64,000 bases of DNA from Azolla caroliniana. Taxonomy: Eukaryota > Plantae > Polypodiophyta. The stretch is from positions 620,001 through 684,000 of the forward strand of contig JBHGNT010000014.1 of NCBI GenBank assembly GCA_043228905.1, in the 5' to 3' direction. The position numbers and the translations under genes are program-made. Shown piece by piece: positions 24,901 to 38,134 of the stretch. The notes under the pieces were generated by a model. That model worked only from the letters and a program-made list of their open reading frames with translations. It made no database searches and was not told the DNA's origin. Position 1 is the stretch's first letter. The number at the start of each line of letters is the position of its first letter.

Positions 24901-26859
24901 GGTGCACATCTCAAGTTGCACGTCCTTCACCGGAATGAGATTTTCTTCGGCAAGTCTCTTCATCCCCTTCTCATTCATGTGACACAATCTTTTGTGGCAC
25001 AGCTCACCGGCAATGTCGGATGCTAGGTTCACCTCTTCCCGGCGTATCTGGGCATTCATCAAGTACAGTGTATTGACCTTCCAAGCTCGAGCCACTATTA
25101 AGCTCCCTTTGCTGAACTTCATGACTCCGTTCCGGATGCTACCCATGTAGCCTTCATCATCTAGCCGACTGGTTGATATTAGGTTCAGTCGAACCTCCAA
25201 AACATGTCGAACATCCTTCAGCAGCAACTTGCATCTAGTTGATGTCGTCAACAACACATCCCCTATGCCGATGATTTGACATGTACCTTCATTCCCCATC
25301 CGGATGCAACCATGATCACCGGTTGTGTAGGATGAGAAGCATTTCCGATCCGGTGTCAGGTGGAACGACGCTTCGGAATCGACAACCCACGTTGTCTCCT
25401 CGCCGACAAGGTTTAACTCATTTTCCTCGGTAATGAGCATCAATTCCTCTTCACTTGTCGCGATTGCCGAAGTTCCTTTCCAATCAGGGCCTCTCCGATC
25501 CGAACCATTTCGGTCAGAACTCTTCTTTGAATCGGTGGTGCCGGTTTCTTTCTCTTTCCGGAAATGCTGACAGTTCTTCTGGAAGTGCCCCTGCTTCCCA
25601 CAGTAGAAGCAAGTAGGTCTCCCCCTTGACTTCGACCTCTTCCCCGATTTGTCCCAATTTTGGGGACTTCGATACCGGCCTCTTCCCCAGTTATGGCAAT
25701 CTTCCGTGACCAAGGCCTTCGGATCGGTTCCGAACTCCCGGTCCTTCCGGCGAGCCTCTTCATCTAGCAAGCTTGATTTTACCCTTGCTAGGGACAACTG
25801 CTTTCCTTCTGGCCCGGCGTTGCCCAACATGACAACTAGCGTCTCCCAGCTATCCAAGAGGGAACCGAGCAGGAGTAATGCGAGTACCTCATAGACGAGA
25901 GGTATTTCCAACAAGGTTGCATTAATGTGCTCCACCATACTCGAGCCATCCTGGTACCAAAGCCTCACTAGCTTCCAGAACACTGAAACCCGATTAACAG
26001 CATTATTGTTCTGGAACATAATGTCGATCTTCTCCCAGAGTTCATGAACCTTACTTTCTTCATTGAAGTTGTTGTACAGGCTCATGTTGATGAAGCACCG
26101 GATGTATGTCGTCTTCTTCATGTGCATCACCTCCCACACTGTGGCATCGATCTTATCCGGTCTCTTGTCCCCGAAGTGAACCGGCAACCAAAGATCTTTA
26201 ACCCATCATATCCCTCATCTTCGACTTCCACACTGAGTAGTTGGAGCCGATGAGCTTGAACATGCTGCGGAACGAATCTTCCATTTCCTGTGTTGTTCGC
26301 TCTTATACTAGTTTGAAGAGAATAGCGCGGAATATTGCTCGGCCACAACCGAGTCTTGAATCACTTCGTTTAAGGATCAAACACAGAAATGGGAATAGAG
26401 ATGAATACACGTACACCAAAAAAAAGTACACGGGATGTTTATGTGGAAAACCCTGAATGGGAAAAACCACGGGAGCCCACAGACTCCGAACTATCACTAT
26501 ATGAGAAAGTTATAGTCAGAGACTCAGAGGCAACGACCTCGAGCTCTGTTTCTTCGCCCAACGGCGGTTACAATAGAATATCACTCTGTATCTCCTCTCT
26601 CGCTCTCTCTCTATGTACAACAATATGACTACAACAACAACACTAAAGTGATTGCCCTAAGTCTTATTTATACTTATATGAACTTAGGGCTATTTACAAA
26701 TATAGCCTCAATAGGCTTACTCAAAACATATTTACAAATATGTCTTCTCTTCTGATTCTCACTAGGTCCATCCGATCCGGTTTCCGGATCTCTTCCAGTT
26801 CTCACCGAGTCCTCTTCATCCATAGTCGGATCCCATCCGGAGGGACCGATTTCCCAACA
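21925..26859 (-). mobile_element. Older Copia (Copia-E), related to Copia-D, with diverged LTRs and an internal integrase deletion
   Basis: LTRs at 21925-22489 and 26314-26859. TSD CCTAT (21920-21924 / 26860-26864). Degenerate PBS gctcttatacta. Integrase jumps MLAHAK|VFQRRDIV at ~24470. Many stops. Confidence 0.95.
24231..24279. repeat. (TTC)n microsatellite expansion (poly-Glu in the Copia-E linker)
   Basis: Direct reading. Confidence 0.9.
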
Positions 26860-29800
26860 CCTATATAGAGGAGAATTTGGCAAATGGTTTCATTCGACAT
26901 TTGAAATCTACAACCGGCACACCCATTTTCTTCGTCAAGAAAAAGGATGGATCACTTCGTCTCGTCGTAGACTATCGTGGCTTGAATAAGGTCACCATCA
27001 GGAATAGGTATACACTTCCCCTTATCTCAAGTCTTTTAGAACGGATCAATGGTGCAAGGTTCTTCATAAAGATCGACTTACGAGGAGCATATAACCTCGT
27101 ACAGATCCGACCAGGAGATGAATAGAAGACCGCGTTCTGCACCAGATATGGGCACTTCGAGTATACAATCATGACATTCGGTCTCACTAATGCACCAACA
27201 GTCTTCCAGCACATGGCAAATGATATATTCCGAGATCTCTTGGATGTTTGTTTGATCATCTATTTGGATGATCTACTGGTTTATTCGAAGACCCAAGAAG
27301 AGCATGATTCTCATGTACTGTTAGTACTAAAACGGCTTCGAAAACATGGTCTTTATGCAAAACTAGAAAAATGTAGCTTCGAGTGCAACAAAGTGGAATT
27401 TCTGGGCTATGTCATCTCCTCAGAAGGCATCTCCATGGATCCAGCTAAGGTCAAAACGGTGGTAGAATAGCAGACTCCATGTTCGTTGCGAGATGTGCAA
27501 TGCTTTTTAGGCTTTGCCAATTTCTACCACAAGTTTATACAGGATTACTCAAAGCTTGTTCTGCCTCTCACACAGCTTACCAGGAATGGACAATCGTTCA
27601 TTTGGTCTGAAGAAGCGGACATGGCTTTTGAGAGTCTTAAGAAGGCATTTACATCAGCTCCTATTCTAGCTCATGTTGATCGGGAAAAACCATTCATCAT
27701 TGAGGCAGACGCGTCGGATTTCTCCTTAGGTAGCATTCTATCACAACAAGGCAATGATGAAAAGCTACATCCTGTGGTTTTCCACTCACGCAAGTTTGAA
27801 GCTGCCGAAATCAACTATGAAATTCATCATAAGGAGCTATTAGCAGTAGTGGACCCTTTTACACAATGGAGGCATTTTCTAGAGGGATCTTATCATCAAG
27901 TCACCGTATTCAGTGATCACAAAAACCTTGCCTACTTTCAGAATGCTCGTGTGTTAAATCGACGTCAAGCTCAGTGGGCCCAATTCCTCACTCTTTTCGA
28001 TTTCAAAATTACATTTCGCTTGGGAAAACAACAAGGGAAGGTAGATGCATTATCACGACAGTCGTATCTAGTACCGCGTCCCGGCGAGCCGGCTTTCGAT
28101 AACCAAAAGCAAGTAATCATGGGACCTACACGGCTGCAAGCAACACAGGTCTTCGGTATGCCATTAGATTTCCACGTTATCGCTACCATATGGGAGGACT
28201 TGAAGACAGATGCTTTCGCCCAAGCCATTCTCGCACAAATTGATCCCTCTCAAGCATCTTGTTCCCAGTCGCAACAACCAGGTACGGACTATCGACAATT
28301 CGAATGTCATGATGGATTACTATTCTTTAAGAAACTCTTGTATGTTCCCAATGGTTCTTGTCGCCTTCGAGTAGTCCAACACTGTCATGACACATATACA
28401 GCTGGGCATTTTGGTAGTACTAAAACATTAGATTTAGTACAACGATCATTCTGGTGGCCCCATATGCGACGATTTGTTGAAGATTTTGTTCAGACTGGTG
28501 ATACATGTTGCAGAGTAAAAATGCCAAGCCATCATCCATATGGTTTATTAGAACCATTACCAATTCCAAGCAAGCCGTGGCAATCCATTGCTCTAGATTT
28601 CATCACAGATCTTCCAGTTTCTAAGGGATTCGATACGATCTTGACAATAGTAGATTGATATACGAAGATGGCCCATTTCCTGCCATGTACTAAGGAAATC
28701 TCCAGTGAAGAAACCATTGAAACTGTCATGCGTGAGGTATGTCGGCATCATGGCCTCCCCGATAGTATCATCAACGACCATGGACCCTAATACGTCTCGA
28801 AATTTTGGAAGCACCTCTTCAAAATGCTCAAGTTCACTTGTAACCTCTCCTCCGGCGACACCCGCAAACAGACGGCCAAGCAGAATGAACAAATCAAATG
28901 CTGGAGCAGTATCTTCGGTGCTTTCTAAGCTATTATCAAGATGATTGGGCGGATATTCTCTACTTCGCCAAATTTGCATATAATAACTCTGTCCACTCAT
29001 CGACAAAGGTTACACCATTTTATGCTTGTGTGTATTTGAAACCCCAGAGTTACCCACAAATCCTTGCGTAGAGGATCGTTTGGAGCGGCTCCGCAAGATA
29101 CTAGCGGATTTATCTACTCATCTACAACAAGCTAAACAAACACACAAGGTTTACACGGATTGTCATCGACTTCCATCCAGTTTTAACATTGGAGATTGGG
29201 TATGGCTACTACGACAACACATCAAGACTACTCGCCCATTCGAAAAGTTGGATTATCGACGATTAGGTCCTTTCCATATTATCGAAAAAATTAATGATGT
29301 CACTTTTCATCTCGATCTACCTCCGCACCTATGGATACATCTAGTGTTTCATAGCTCTCTCCTAGAACCCTATCAATACAGCACCATCCCAGGTCGTATT
29401 AAACCACCTCCACCCCCGATCGAACTTGAAGATGGACCTGAGTACGAGGTTGCCGCCATCCTCGATTCCAAGATTGTTCGCAACAAGCTCTACTATTTAG
29501 TCGATTGGCCAGGATATAGTCCCAACGAGCGTACTTGGGAACCAATAGAGAATGTGACCAATGCTCAGGCTCTTCTTGAAGACTTCCATCGTCAATATCC
29601 AGACAAACTGGGTCCTCAATCCAAAACAACTCGTGACACTCGTCATTTTAAAAGGAGGATAATGTCATGATATGGCAAGATTCGAACCCATGACCTTATG
29701 TTACATGGGTCGAGCTCTTAACCATTAGACTATACATTGTTATACGAAAGATATTATTTTCATTTAAGTTTTACTATAGAAAATTGATGTATATTCCAGA

Positions 29801-30833
29801 TTTATCTGGAACATTCTAGAAACTTTAGGAGTACTTCTAAGAACACTACAAAAGGAGGCACAAGGCATTATTTCGAACCAAATCGGTTCAATGCCAGTCT
29901 TAAGCCTCCTAGCTACTACTGTATATTCTCTTCACATAATATATATCTTTTGTTATCATCATGAGAGAGAGAGAGAGAGTTCTACACCTCTCTTAGTACT
30001 AATCCTCATCTTTTAGTACTAATTCCTTCTCTATCTTAGTATTGTTCCTAACAGTACTTCTCTGTCTTAGACTGCTCCTAACACTACTAACATGCTTGGA
30101 TGAAATGGAACCTACACTAGGTTGTACAGATCTAGGGTTGTCCAACCAAATGGCTCCTATTTTGGCTGGACTTATTCGTTTGACTCCTCTTCTAATTGGC
30201 TTAGGACTTCAAACTTATTGGACAATGGTGGATTATTCATAATATTAGAATCACTAAGTGCTTCTAAAATGTTGAACTCATTTTTATTGTCATAGTGAAT
30301 TTGATTTACCTGACGTTTCGACCTACTTGATCAATGAATGGCTATATGTCATAGACCTCCGCAATATAAGCATAGACAGTTTGCTCGACGTCGTTGCTTC
30401 TCTTCATCTCACAATGGTCCTCGTCGTTGGGTCATATCGATCTCCATGGGTGTAGGCCTATCTATTGGGGTTGGACTACGTGTTTGCCTTGGAGTTGGAG
30501 CATGGCTATATGTTTGCCTTGGAGATGATTGCGCCGTTACTGATGCTTAAGTTGGTGTGAATCTTGATCTTGTTATTTTTTGTTGTCGCTCACATCGATG
30601 CATAAAAAGATGATTATCACACCGTATTGCTCGACTAATAGCTTCTATAAGTGATTTTGGATCCTCGGGGAAGGTAAGAAGTAAGTTCTTCACATCACTA
30701 ATTGCTCCATTAGGGCTTGTTCATCCCAAGGAAAATTGCATGCGATGAGACGGAAATTGGGTGCATATGTCAATGTTGGCTGATCACCTTGACGTAGTGT
30801 ACGAATCTTCTTGATTATTGTTCTTGCCCCATC

Positions 30834-30937
30834 TGTCATGAACAGTACTGAGACAGAGAAGGAATTAGTACTAAACGAAGGATTAGTACTATGAGAGGTG
30901 TGGAACTTCTTCGAAAGAAGGAAGAAGTGAGCGAGAC

Positions 30938-30969
<32 letters not shown>

Positions 30970-33900
30970 TGATGATAAGAAAGATATGTATTATATGAAG
31001 AGAATATACAATGGTGGCTAAAAGGCTTAAGACTAGCGTTGAACCAATTTGGTTCAACATAATGCCTAGTGCCCTCTTTTATAGTGTTTTCAGGAGTAAT
31101 CCTGAAGCTTCTAGAATGTTCCAGAGAAATCTGGAATATACACTAGTTTCCTATAATAAAATGTAAATGAAAATAATATCCTACGTATTACAATAAATGA
31201 TCTAATGGTCAAGAGCTCGACCCATATAACCTAAGGTCATGGGTTCGAATCTTGCCATATCATGACACTATCCCCACTTTAAAACGACGAGTGTCACGAG
31301 TCGTCTTGGATTGAGGACCTGGTTTGTGTGGATATTGACGATGGAAGTCTTCAAGAAGAGCACGAGCATTGCTCACATTCTCAATCGGTTCCCAAGTACG
31401 TTCGCTGAGGCTATAGCCTAGCCAATCGACTAGATAGTAGAGCTTGTTGCGAACAATCTTGGAATCAAGGATGGCGGCAACCTCGTACTCCGGCCCATCT
31501 TCAAGCTCGATCGGGGGTGGAGGTTGGATAAGACGTCCTTGGGATGGTGCTCTCGTGGTAGGGTTCGAGGAGAGAACTATGAAACACCGGATGTATCCAA
31601 AGTTGAGGAGGTAGATCGAGACGAAAAGCGACATCATTAATCTGTCCAATAATACGGAAAGGATCTAATCGCCGATAATCTAACTTCTCACATGGACGAG
31701 TAGTCTTGATGTGTCGTCGTAGCAGCAACACCCGATCTCCAATATTAAAACTGGATGGAAGTCGATGACGATCCGCGTAGACCTTGTGTGTTTGTTGAGC
31801 TTGTTGGAGATGAGTAGATAAATCCGCTTGTATCTTGCGTAACTGCTCCAAACGATCCTCCGCGCACGGATTTGTGGAAACCTCTGGGGTTTCAAGTACA
31901 CTCCACCGGGGGTGACATCCCGTATAAGCATAAAATGGCGTAACTTTAGTGGATGCGTGGATAGAGTTGTTATAGGCAAATTCGGCGAAGTGGAGAATAT
32001 CTGCCCAATCATCTTGATGATAGCTGAGAAAGCACCGCAAATACTGCTCCAACGTTTGATTTGTTCGTTCAGCTTGGCCGTCGGTTTATGGGTGGTAGCC
32101 GGAGGAGAGGTTACAAGTGACCTTGAGCATGTTAAAAAGGTGCTTCCAGAATTTGGCCACGAACTGGGGTCCACAGTCGCTGATGATACTATCGGGAAGT
32201 CCATGATGCCGACATACTTCACACATGACAATTTTGGCAGTTTCTTCACTGGAGATCTCCTTAGTACATGGCAAGAAATGAGCCATCTTCGTATATCGAT
32301 CGACCACTGTTAGAATCGCATTGAACCCCTTAGAGATTGGAAGATCTGTGATGAAGTCTAGAGCAATGGATTGCCACGGCTTGCTTGGAATTGGTAATGG
32401 TTCTAATAAACCACATGAATGATGCCTTGGCATTTTCGCTCTGCAACATGTATCACAAGTCCGAACAAAATCCTCGACAAATTGTCGCATACAGGGACAC
32501 CAGAATGTTCGTTGTACTAAATGTAATGTTTTAGTACTACCAAAATGCCCAGTTGTATATGTGTCATGACAGTTTTGTACTACTCGAAGGCGGCAAGAAC
32601 CATTAGGAACATACAAAAGTTCTTTAAAGAAGAGTAATCCATCATGGTATTTGAATTGCCGATAGTCCGTACCTGGTGGTTGCGACTGTGAACACGACGC
32701 TCGAGAGGGATCAATTTGTGCTAGTATAGCTTGGACGAACGCATCTGTCTTCAAGTCTTCACGTATGGTATCGATAACGCGGGAATCCATAGGCATGTCA
32801 AAGATCTGTGTTGCTTGTAGTCGTGCCGGTCCCAAGATGACTTGTTTTTGGTTATCGAAAGTTGGCTCGCCAAGACGGGGTGCTAGATACGAACGCCGTG
32901 ATAATGCATCTGCCTTCCCTTGGTGCCTCCCCGAACGATATGTAATTTTGAAGTCGAAATGCGTGAGGAAGTGGGCCCACCGAGCTTGACGTCGATTCAA
33001 CACATGAGCATCCTGAAAGTAGGCAAGATTCTTGTGGTCACTAAATACGGTGACTGGATGAGAGGATCCCTCCAGAAAATGCCTCCATTGCATAAAAGAA
33101 TCCACTATTGCCAATAGCTCCTTATCATGAATTTCGTAGTTGATTTCGGCGGCGTCAAACTTGCGTGAGTGAAAAGCCACAGGATGTAGCCTCTCATCAT
33201 TCCCCTGTTGTGACAGAATGCTCCCCAATGCAAAATCCGATGCGTCAACATCGATAATGAATGGTTTTTCCGGATCGACATGAGCTAGAATTGGAGCCGA
33301 TGTAAATGCCTTTTTAAGACTCTCGAAAGCCATGTTTGTTTCTTCAGACCAGATGAACGGTTGTCCCTTCCTGGTAAGTTGTGTGAGAGGTAGAACGATC
33401 TTTGAGTAATCTTGTATGAACTTCCGGTAAAAATTGGCAAAGCCTAAAAAGCATTGCACATCCCGCACCGAACGCGGAGTCTGCCATTCTACCACCGTTT
33501 TGACTTTAGTTGGGTCCATGGAGATGCCTTCTGACGAAATGATGTAGCCGAGAAATTCCACTTGGTTGCACCCGAAACTACATTTTTCCAGCTTTGCATA
33601 CAGACCATGTTCTCGAAGTCGTTTTAGTACTAATAGTACATGAGAATCATGTTCTTCTTGGGTCTTTGAATAAACCAGTAGATCATCCAAATAGATTATC
33701 AAACAGTCATCCAATAGATCTCGGAATATATCATTAGCCATGTGCTGGAAGACTGTCGGCACATTAGTGAGGCCGAACGGCATGACCGTATACTCGAAGT
33801 GCCCATATCTGGTGCGAAACGCGGTCTTCCATTCGTCTCCTGGTCGGATCCGTACGAGGTTATATGCTCCCCATAAGTCGATCTTCGTGAAGAACCTGGC

Positions 33901-36169
33901 ACCATTGATCCATTCTAAAAGACTTGAGATAAGGGGAAAAGCATACCTATTCCTGATTGTAACCTTATTCAAGCCACAGTAATCTACAACGAGATGAAGC
34001 GATCCATCTTTTTTTTTTACAAAGAAAATGGGCACGCCGGCTGGAGATTTTGAATGTCGAATGAAACCATTTTCCAAATTCTCCTCTATATAGGCCCGAA
34101 GGACTTCCAGCTCGGTTGGTGACAAATTGTAGATCGGTCCCCATGGCGGCTCTTTTCCCGGTTGTAAATCGATGGGGCAATCGTACGGTCGATGATGAGG
34201 AAGTGTGTTGGCTTGTACTTTATCGAACACATCGGCGTAATGACGATACTTCTCGGGAAGTTGAACGGTGGATTCTTCTTTAGTGGTGCTGGAGGGGTTT
34301 ACTGATATTGCAAAGAGGAACATTTCCTCTTTGCGCCCTTCTTTACGCAACTGACGTAGCGAAATGGTTGCCATCTTCTGAGTTGACCCTTGGGTTTGTC
34401 GACACCGGATTTCTCTTGTTCTCCAATCTATGTCTGGGTTATGTAACTCGAACCACGGTAATCCTAAAACTATAGGATGTTCTGGGATACTAATAATATT
34501 AAATGATACTACACATGCTAATTTATCTAAGACAATATTAATGGGCTCTGACTCTTCTATGATATTTCCGGAAGCAATGGGACGTCCATCAATGAGTACT
34601 ACAGAGGCTGGACACTGGAGTTTTCTTAGGGATATCTTATGAGCTTGAGCAAATTTCTTATCCATAAAGCAAGAGTTAGCTCCAGAATCTAGGAGTGCTA
34701 GGACATGTACTGGAGGGGTACTTTTAGTACTAACTATTACTTGGGCTACGAACACATCACTAACTTGCTTAGAGGGAATGGAACCACTAATGGGCTGCAC
34801 AGATCTAGGGCTGTCCAACCAAACGGCTCCTATTTTGGCTGGACTTAGTCGTTTAACTCTTCTTCTAACTGACTAAGGACATCAAATTTGTTTGCTAGAT
34901 CTGGGATATTAGTACTATTAGGACTATCAGATATCCCTATTGAAATAGGCTCGGATTTAGTACAATTAGAACTAGCAACTATTTGGTTTACCTGTCTTCT
35001 TGGCCTATGGGGGCAATTTATTGCGATATGTCCTGGTCCACCGCAGTAAAGACATAGTCGATTTGTACGGCGTCGCTGCTTTTCTTCTTCGGATAATGGC
35101 CCTCGACGACGTGTAGTGTCAACCTCCATCGGAGTCGGAGTATTCGCTGGAGGCGCATTATATGACTCCCTCGGAAAAGGTCTTGCTACCACTGAGGCGT
35201 AGGTGGGCTCTAATCTTGCCCTCGGCATCTGTAGCTGTCGTTCCGAACGTCGCTCAAAGAGGCGGTTGTCACATCTCACCGCGCGACTGATTGCTTCTGT
35301 TAAGGACTTTGGCTCTTCGGGGAAGGTCAATAGTAAATCCTTGACGTTGTTGCGTAAACCATAACGGAATTGTTCCATCAACGCTTGATCATCCCAAGGG
35401 ATATCGGCGGCGAGTAGGCGAAAATCTGCAGCGTATGCGGAGGCTGGACGGTCACCTTGGCGTAATCGCCGGATTTTGTTGATTGCGGTCCTGATGCTGT
35501 CAGTATCTCCGAAACATGCTTTAAACTCACCTAGAAACTCTTCAAAATTGTTGAGTAACGGAGATTCCTTTTCTAATAGTGGAGCAAACCATGACAAGGT
35601 TGAGCCACTTAACAAAGTGCCTACTAAACCCACTCGTGATGCATCGGTGGGATATCGGGAAGGATGCATTTGAATAACTAATCGTACCTAGTTAAGGAAC
35701 CCTCTAAATTGCGATCGCGTTCCATCAAACTTCGTGGGAAGGCCAATCTTGGGTTCTTTATGAATCCCTTGTGTTCCGGGCCCTTGTTGTTGCATCGCTA
35801 CGATGGTTGCTTCGAGTTGTTGCACGCGTAACGCAAGTTCCCCATGTTGTTGTTGCGTTTGCTGCTTTTCTAAGGAGATTTGTTGAAGATCCCCCAACAA
35901 CCGTTGGTTTTCTTGTTCCAAAGCATGGAACTTCTCCTTCAAGCATTGAAATTCCGAGAAAACAGATTGATATTCTTCAGCGCTAACAGTGGCCATGGGA
36001 TGAAAGAAAAGAGGAATAAAAGATTAGTAGGAAATGAGAGAGACAGAAGGTAGGGAAAATTGGTTCAAACTGTCATGAACAGTACTGAGACAGAGAAGGA
36101 ATTAGTACTAAACGAAGGATTACTACTATGAGAGGTGTGGAACTTCTTCGAAAGAAGGAAGAAGTGAGC

Positions 36170-36204
<35 letters not shown>

Positions 36205-36501
36205 TGATGATAAGAAAGATATGTATTATATGAAGAGAATATACAATGGTGGCTAAAAGGCTTAAGACTGGCGTTGAACCAATTTAGTTCAACATAATGC
36301 CTAGTGCCCTCTTTTATAGTGTTTTCAGGAGTAATCCTGAAGCTTCTAGAATGTTCCAGAGAAATCTGGAATATACACTAGTTTCTATAATAAAATGTAA
36401 ATGAAAATAATATCCTACGTATTACAATAGATGATCTAATGGTCAAGAGCTCGACCCATATAACCTAAGGTCATGGGTTCGAGTCTTGCCATATCATGAC
36501 A
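30834..36501 (-). mobile_element. Near-complete Tcn1-like chromoviral Gypsy (Tcn1-F)
   Basis: LTRs at 30834-31267 and 36071-36501 (about 6 substitutions plus small indels). PPT aaagtggggatag. Gag at 34845-35996 (one stop). Pol at 31260-34850 with PR LLDSGA, RT YLDD, RH, INT and a C-terminal chromodomain. Confidence 0.96.
36338..36357. promoter_or_regulatory. Heat-shock element (4 alternating nGAAn units) upstream of the LTR TATA box
   Basis: tGAAg cTTCt aGAAt gTTCc; minus-strand TATAAAA at 36312-36318. Same motif at 31103-31122. Confidence 0.6.
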
Positions 36502-37456
36502 CTTCCGAAGCAAGCCTTAAATTCTTTGATAAATTCCTCGAAATTATGTAGTAGAGGAGAGTTTGTCTCTAGTAATGGAGCAAACCATGACAACGTTATG
36601 CCAGTCAATAAGGTACCCACTATCCCAACTCGTGATGCACTTGTCCGATAACACGTGGGATGCATTTGAATTACCAATCACACTTGATTCAAAAAACCTC
36701 GGAAATGCGCCCTCGAACCATCAAATTTAGCTGGGAGGCCGATTTTGGGCTCCTTGATAATTCTTTAACCTTCGACCCTTTGTTGTTGTAAAACTATGAT
36801 TGTCGATTCTAATTGTTGCACCCGTCGTGTAAACGCCTCTTCTTGTTGTTGCTTCTCCACAATAACCTTTTGTAGATCTCCAAGAAGACGTTGATTCTCT
36901 AATTCAAGAGATGCAAACTTAGATTTAAGATTCTCCATTTCTGCAACAAGGTGAGATATTTTTCTAAGTTGATGACAGGCATGGTTTCGTAATGTTTATA
37001 GAAGAGGATAAAGGAGAGAGAGATAAATTCAAATCAAACTGTCAGAACCAAGAGAAAAGATAGAGTGACAGAAGAAAGATATATAAAGAGATCACAAGAA
37101 GAGAGAAATGAAATGATAAGAGAAAAATGAATGTATTAGATAGAATGAGAATGGATACAAGATAGGTGATGAGAGCTTAAGACTAGTGTTGATTCGAATT
37201 GGTTTTAGAAGAATTGTATGTCTATATTTATAGGTTCCTATAGAATAGCCTAGAGATTTCTATAATGTTCTAGAATGTTCTAGACCTAGAATATTCTAAG
37301 ATGTTCTAGAGTATTTACAATAATCAGTGTATTACAATAAGTAGCTTTTATCGTCTCATATGATCATAGGCTATCTTAATGGTTAAGTTCTTGATTGTAT
37401 TGTAAGGTTTTGGGTTCAAGCCCAGGTGAAGCCATGATGTTTATGTATTCATGACA

Positions 37457-37842
37457 ATTATTCGGCAACACGAAAGTTAGGAAAACATAGAGTAAGGGAG
37501 AGAGAGAGAGAGAGACTAAGTGGAGCAGACAACAAAAAGTTTCAATTACAAAAACTCAATACTCAATACAACGAGTGTGCTCAAAGATCACTGTATATAC
37601 AAGCCCTGATGAGTGGGCTGACACAAGTATTGATAAGTACTTGAATGCTCATTAACCGAGCCTGACACTAACTTTACCTATAATATTCCTACTTACTAAA
37701 ATAGGAATATAGGCCTCTAACGACCAACCGATTCAGCTTTCGGTGTATTCAGCCAATTCAGGCCTAGCCGATCGGTCTCCATCTGATCTGGCTCTCGGCT
37801 TCTTCAATCGATTCAGCCCTAGTTGAGCTTGTTCGCTCAACA
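37457..37842 (-). mobile_element. Fragment of another Copia-type LTR (host of Tcn1-B)
   Basis: Ends in gttgagcttgttcgctcaaca, like the LTR termini at 11190 and 42627; contains a (GA)n tract typical of these LTRs. Confidence 0.55.
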
Positions 37843-38094
37843 ATTATCATTCGGCTTGACCATCACATATGGCCAAAACTAATGCACAAAGAACTTTCAG
37901 GAATATAGGCCTCTAACAACCAACCGATTCGGCTTTCGGCGTATTCAACCGATTCAGGCCTAGCCAATCAGTCTCCATCCGATCTGGCCCCCGGCTTCTT
38001 CAACCAATTCGGCCCTAGTTGAGCTTGCTCGCTCAACAATTATCATTCGGCTTGACCATCACATATGGCCAAAACTAATGCACGAAGAACTTTC
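37703..38094. repeat. 196-bp tandem duplication spanning an LTR end and its flank
   Basis: aggaatataggcctctaac... occurs at 37703 and 37899, with scattered substitutions. Confidence 0.9.
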
Positions 38095-38134
38095 ATAGAA
38101 AGTTATGGTGGTTGTCAAGTATATTGTTATAGAC

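Larger units (their letters stand above)
11191..30053 (+). mobile_element. Decayed Tcn1-like chromoviral Gypsy (Tcn1-A), interrupted by a Phygy-like element and Copia-E; 5' LTR outside the window
   Basis: Gag starts at ATG 11193 (MANVSAQEYQSVFSEL..) and resumes at 20112. Protease LLDSG at ~21320. RT (YLDD) and RH at 26865-28100, then INT and chromodomain PEYEVAAILDSK at ~29440. PPT and 3' LTR at 29663-30053. Many stops and frameshifts. Confidence 0.93.
30054..37456 (-). mobile_element. Older, diverged Tcn1-like Gypsy (Tcn1-B): 5' LTR 37040-37456 and decayed gag; host of Tcn1-A and Tcn1-F
   Basis: Gag remnants at 36502-36980 and 30170-30833 are homologous to Tcn1-F gag (GITLSWFAPLLE, LCLYCGG). 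LTR TG...CA. Gag-pol junction stem at 30140-30171. Confidence 0.85.
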
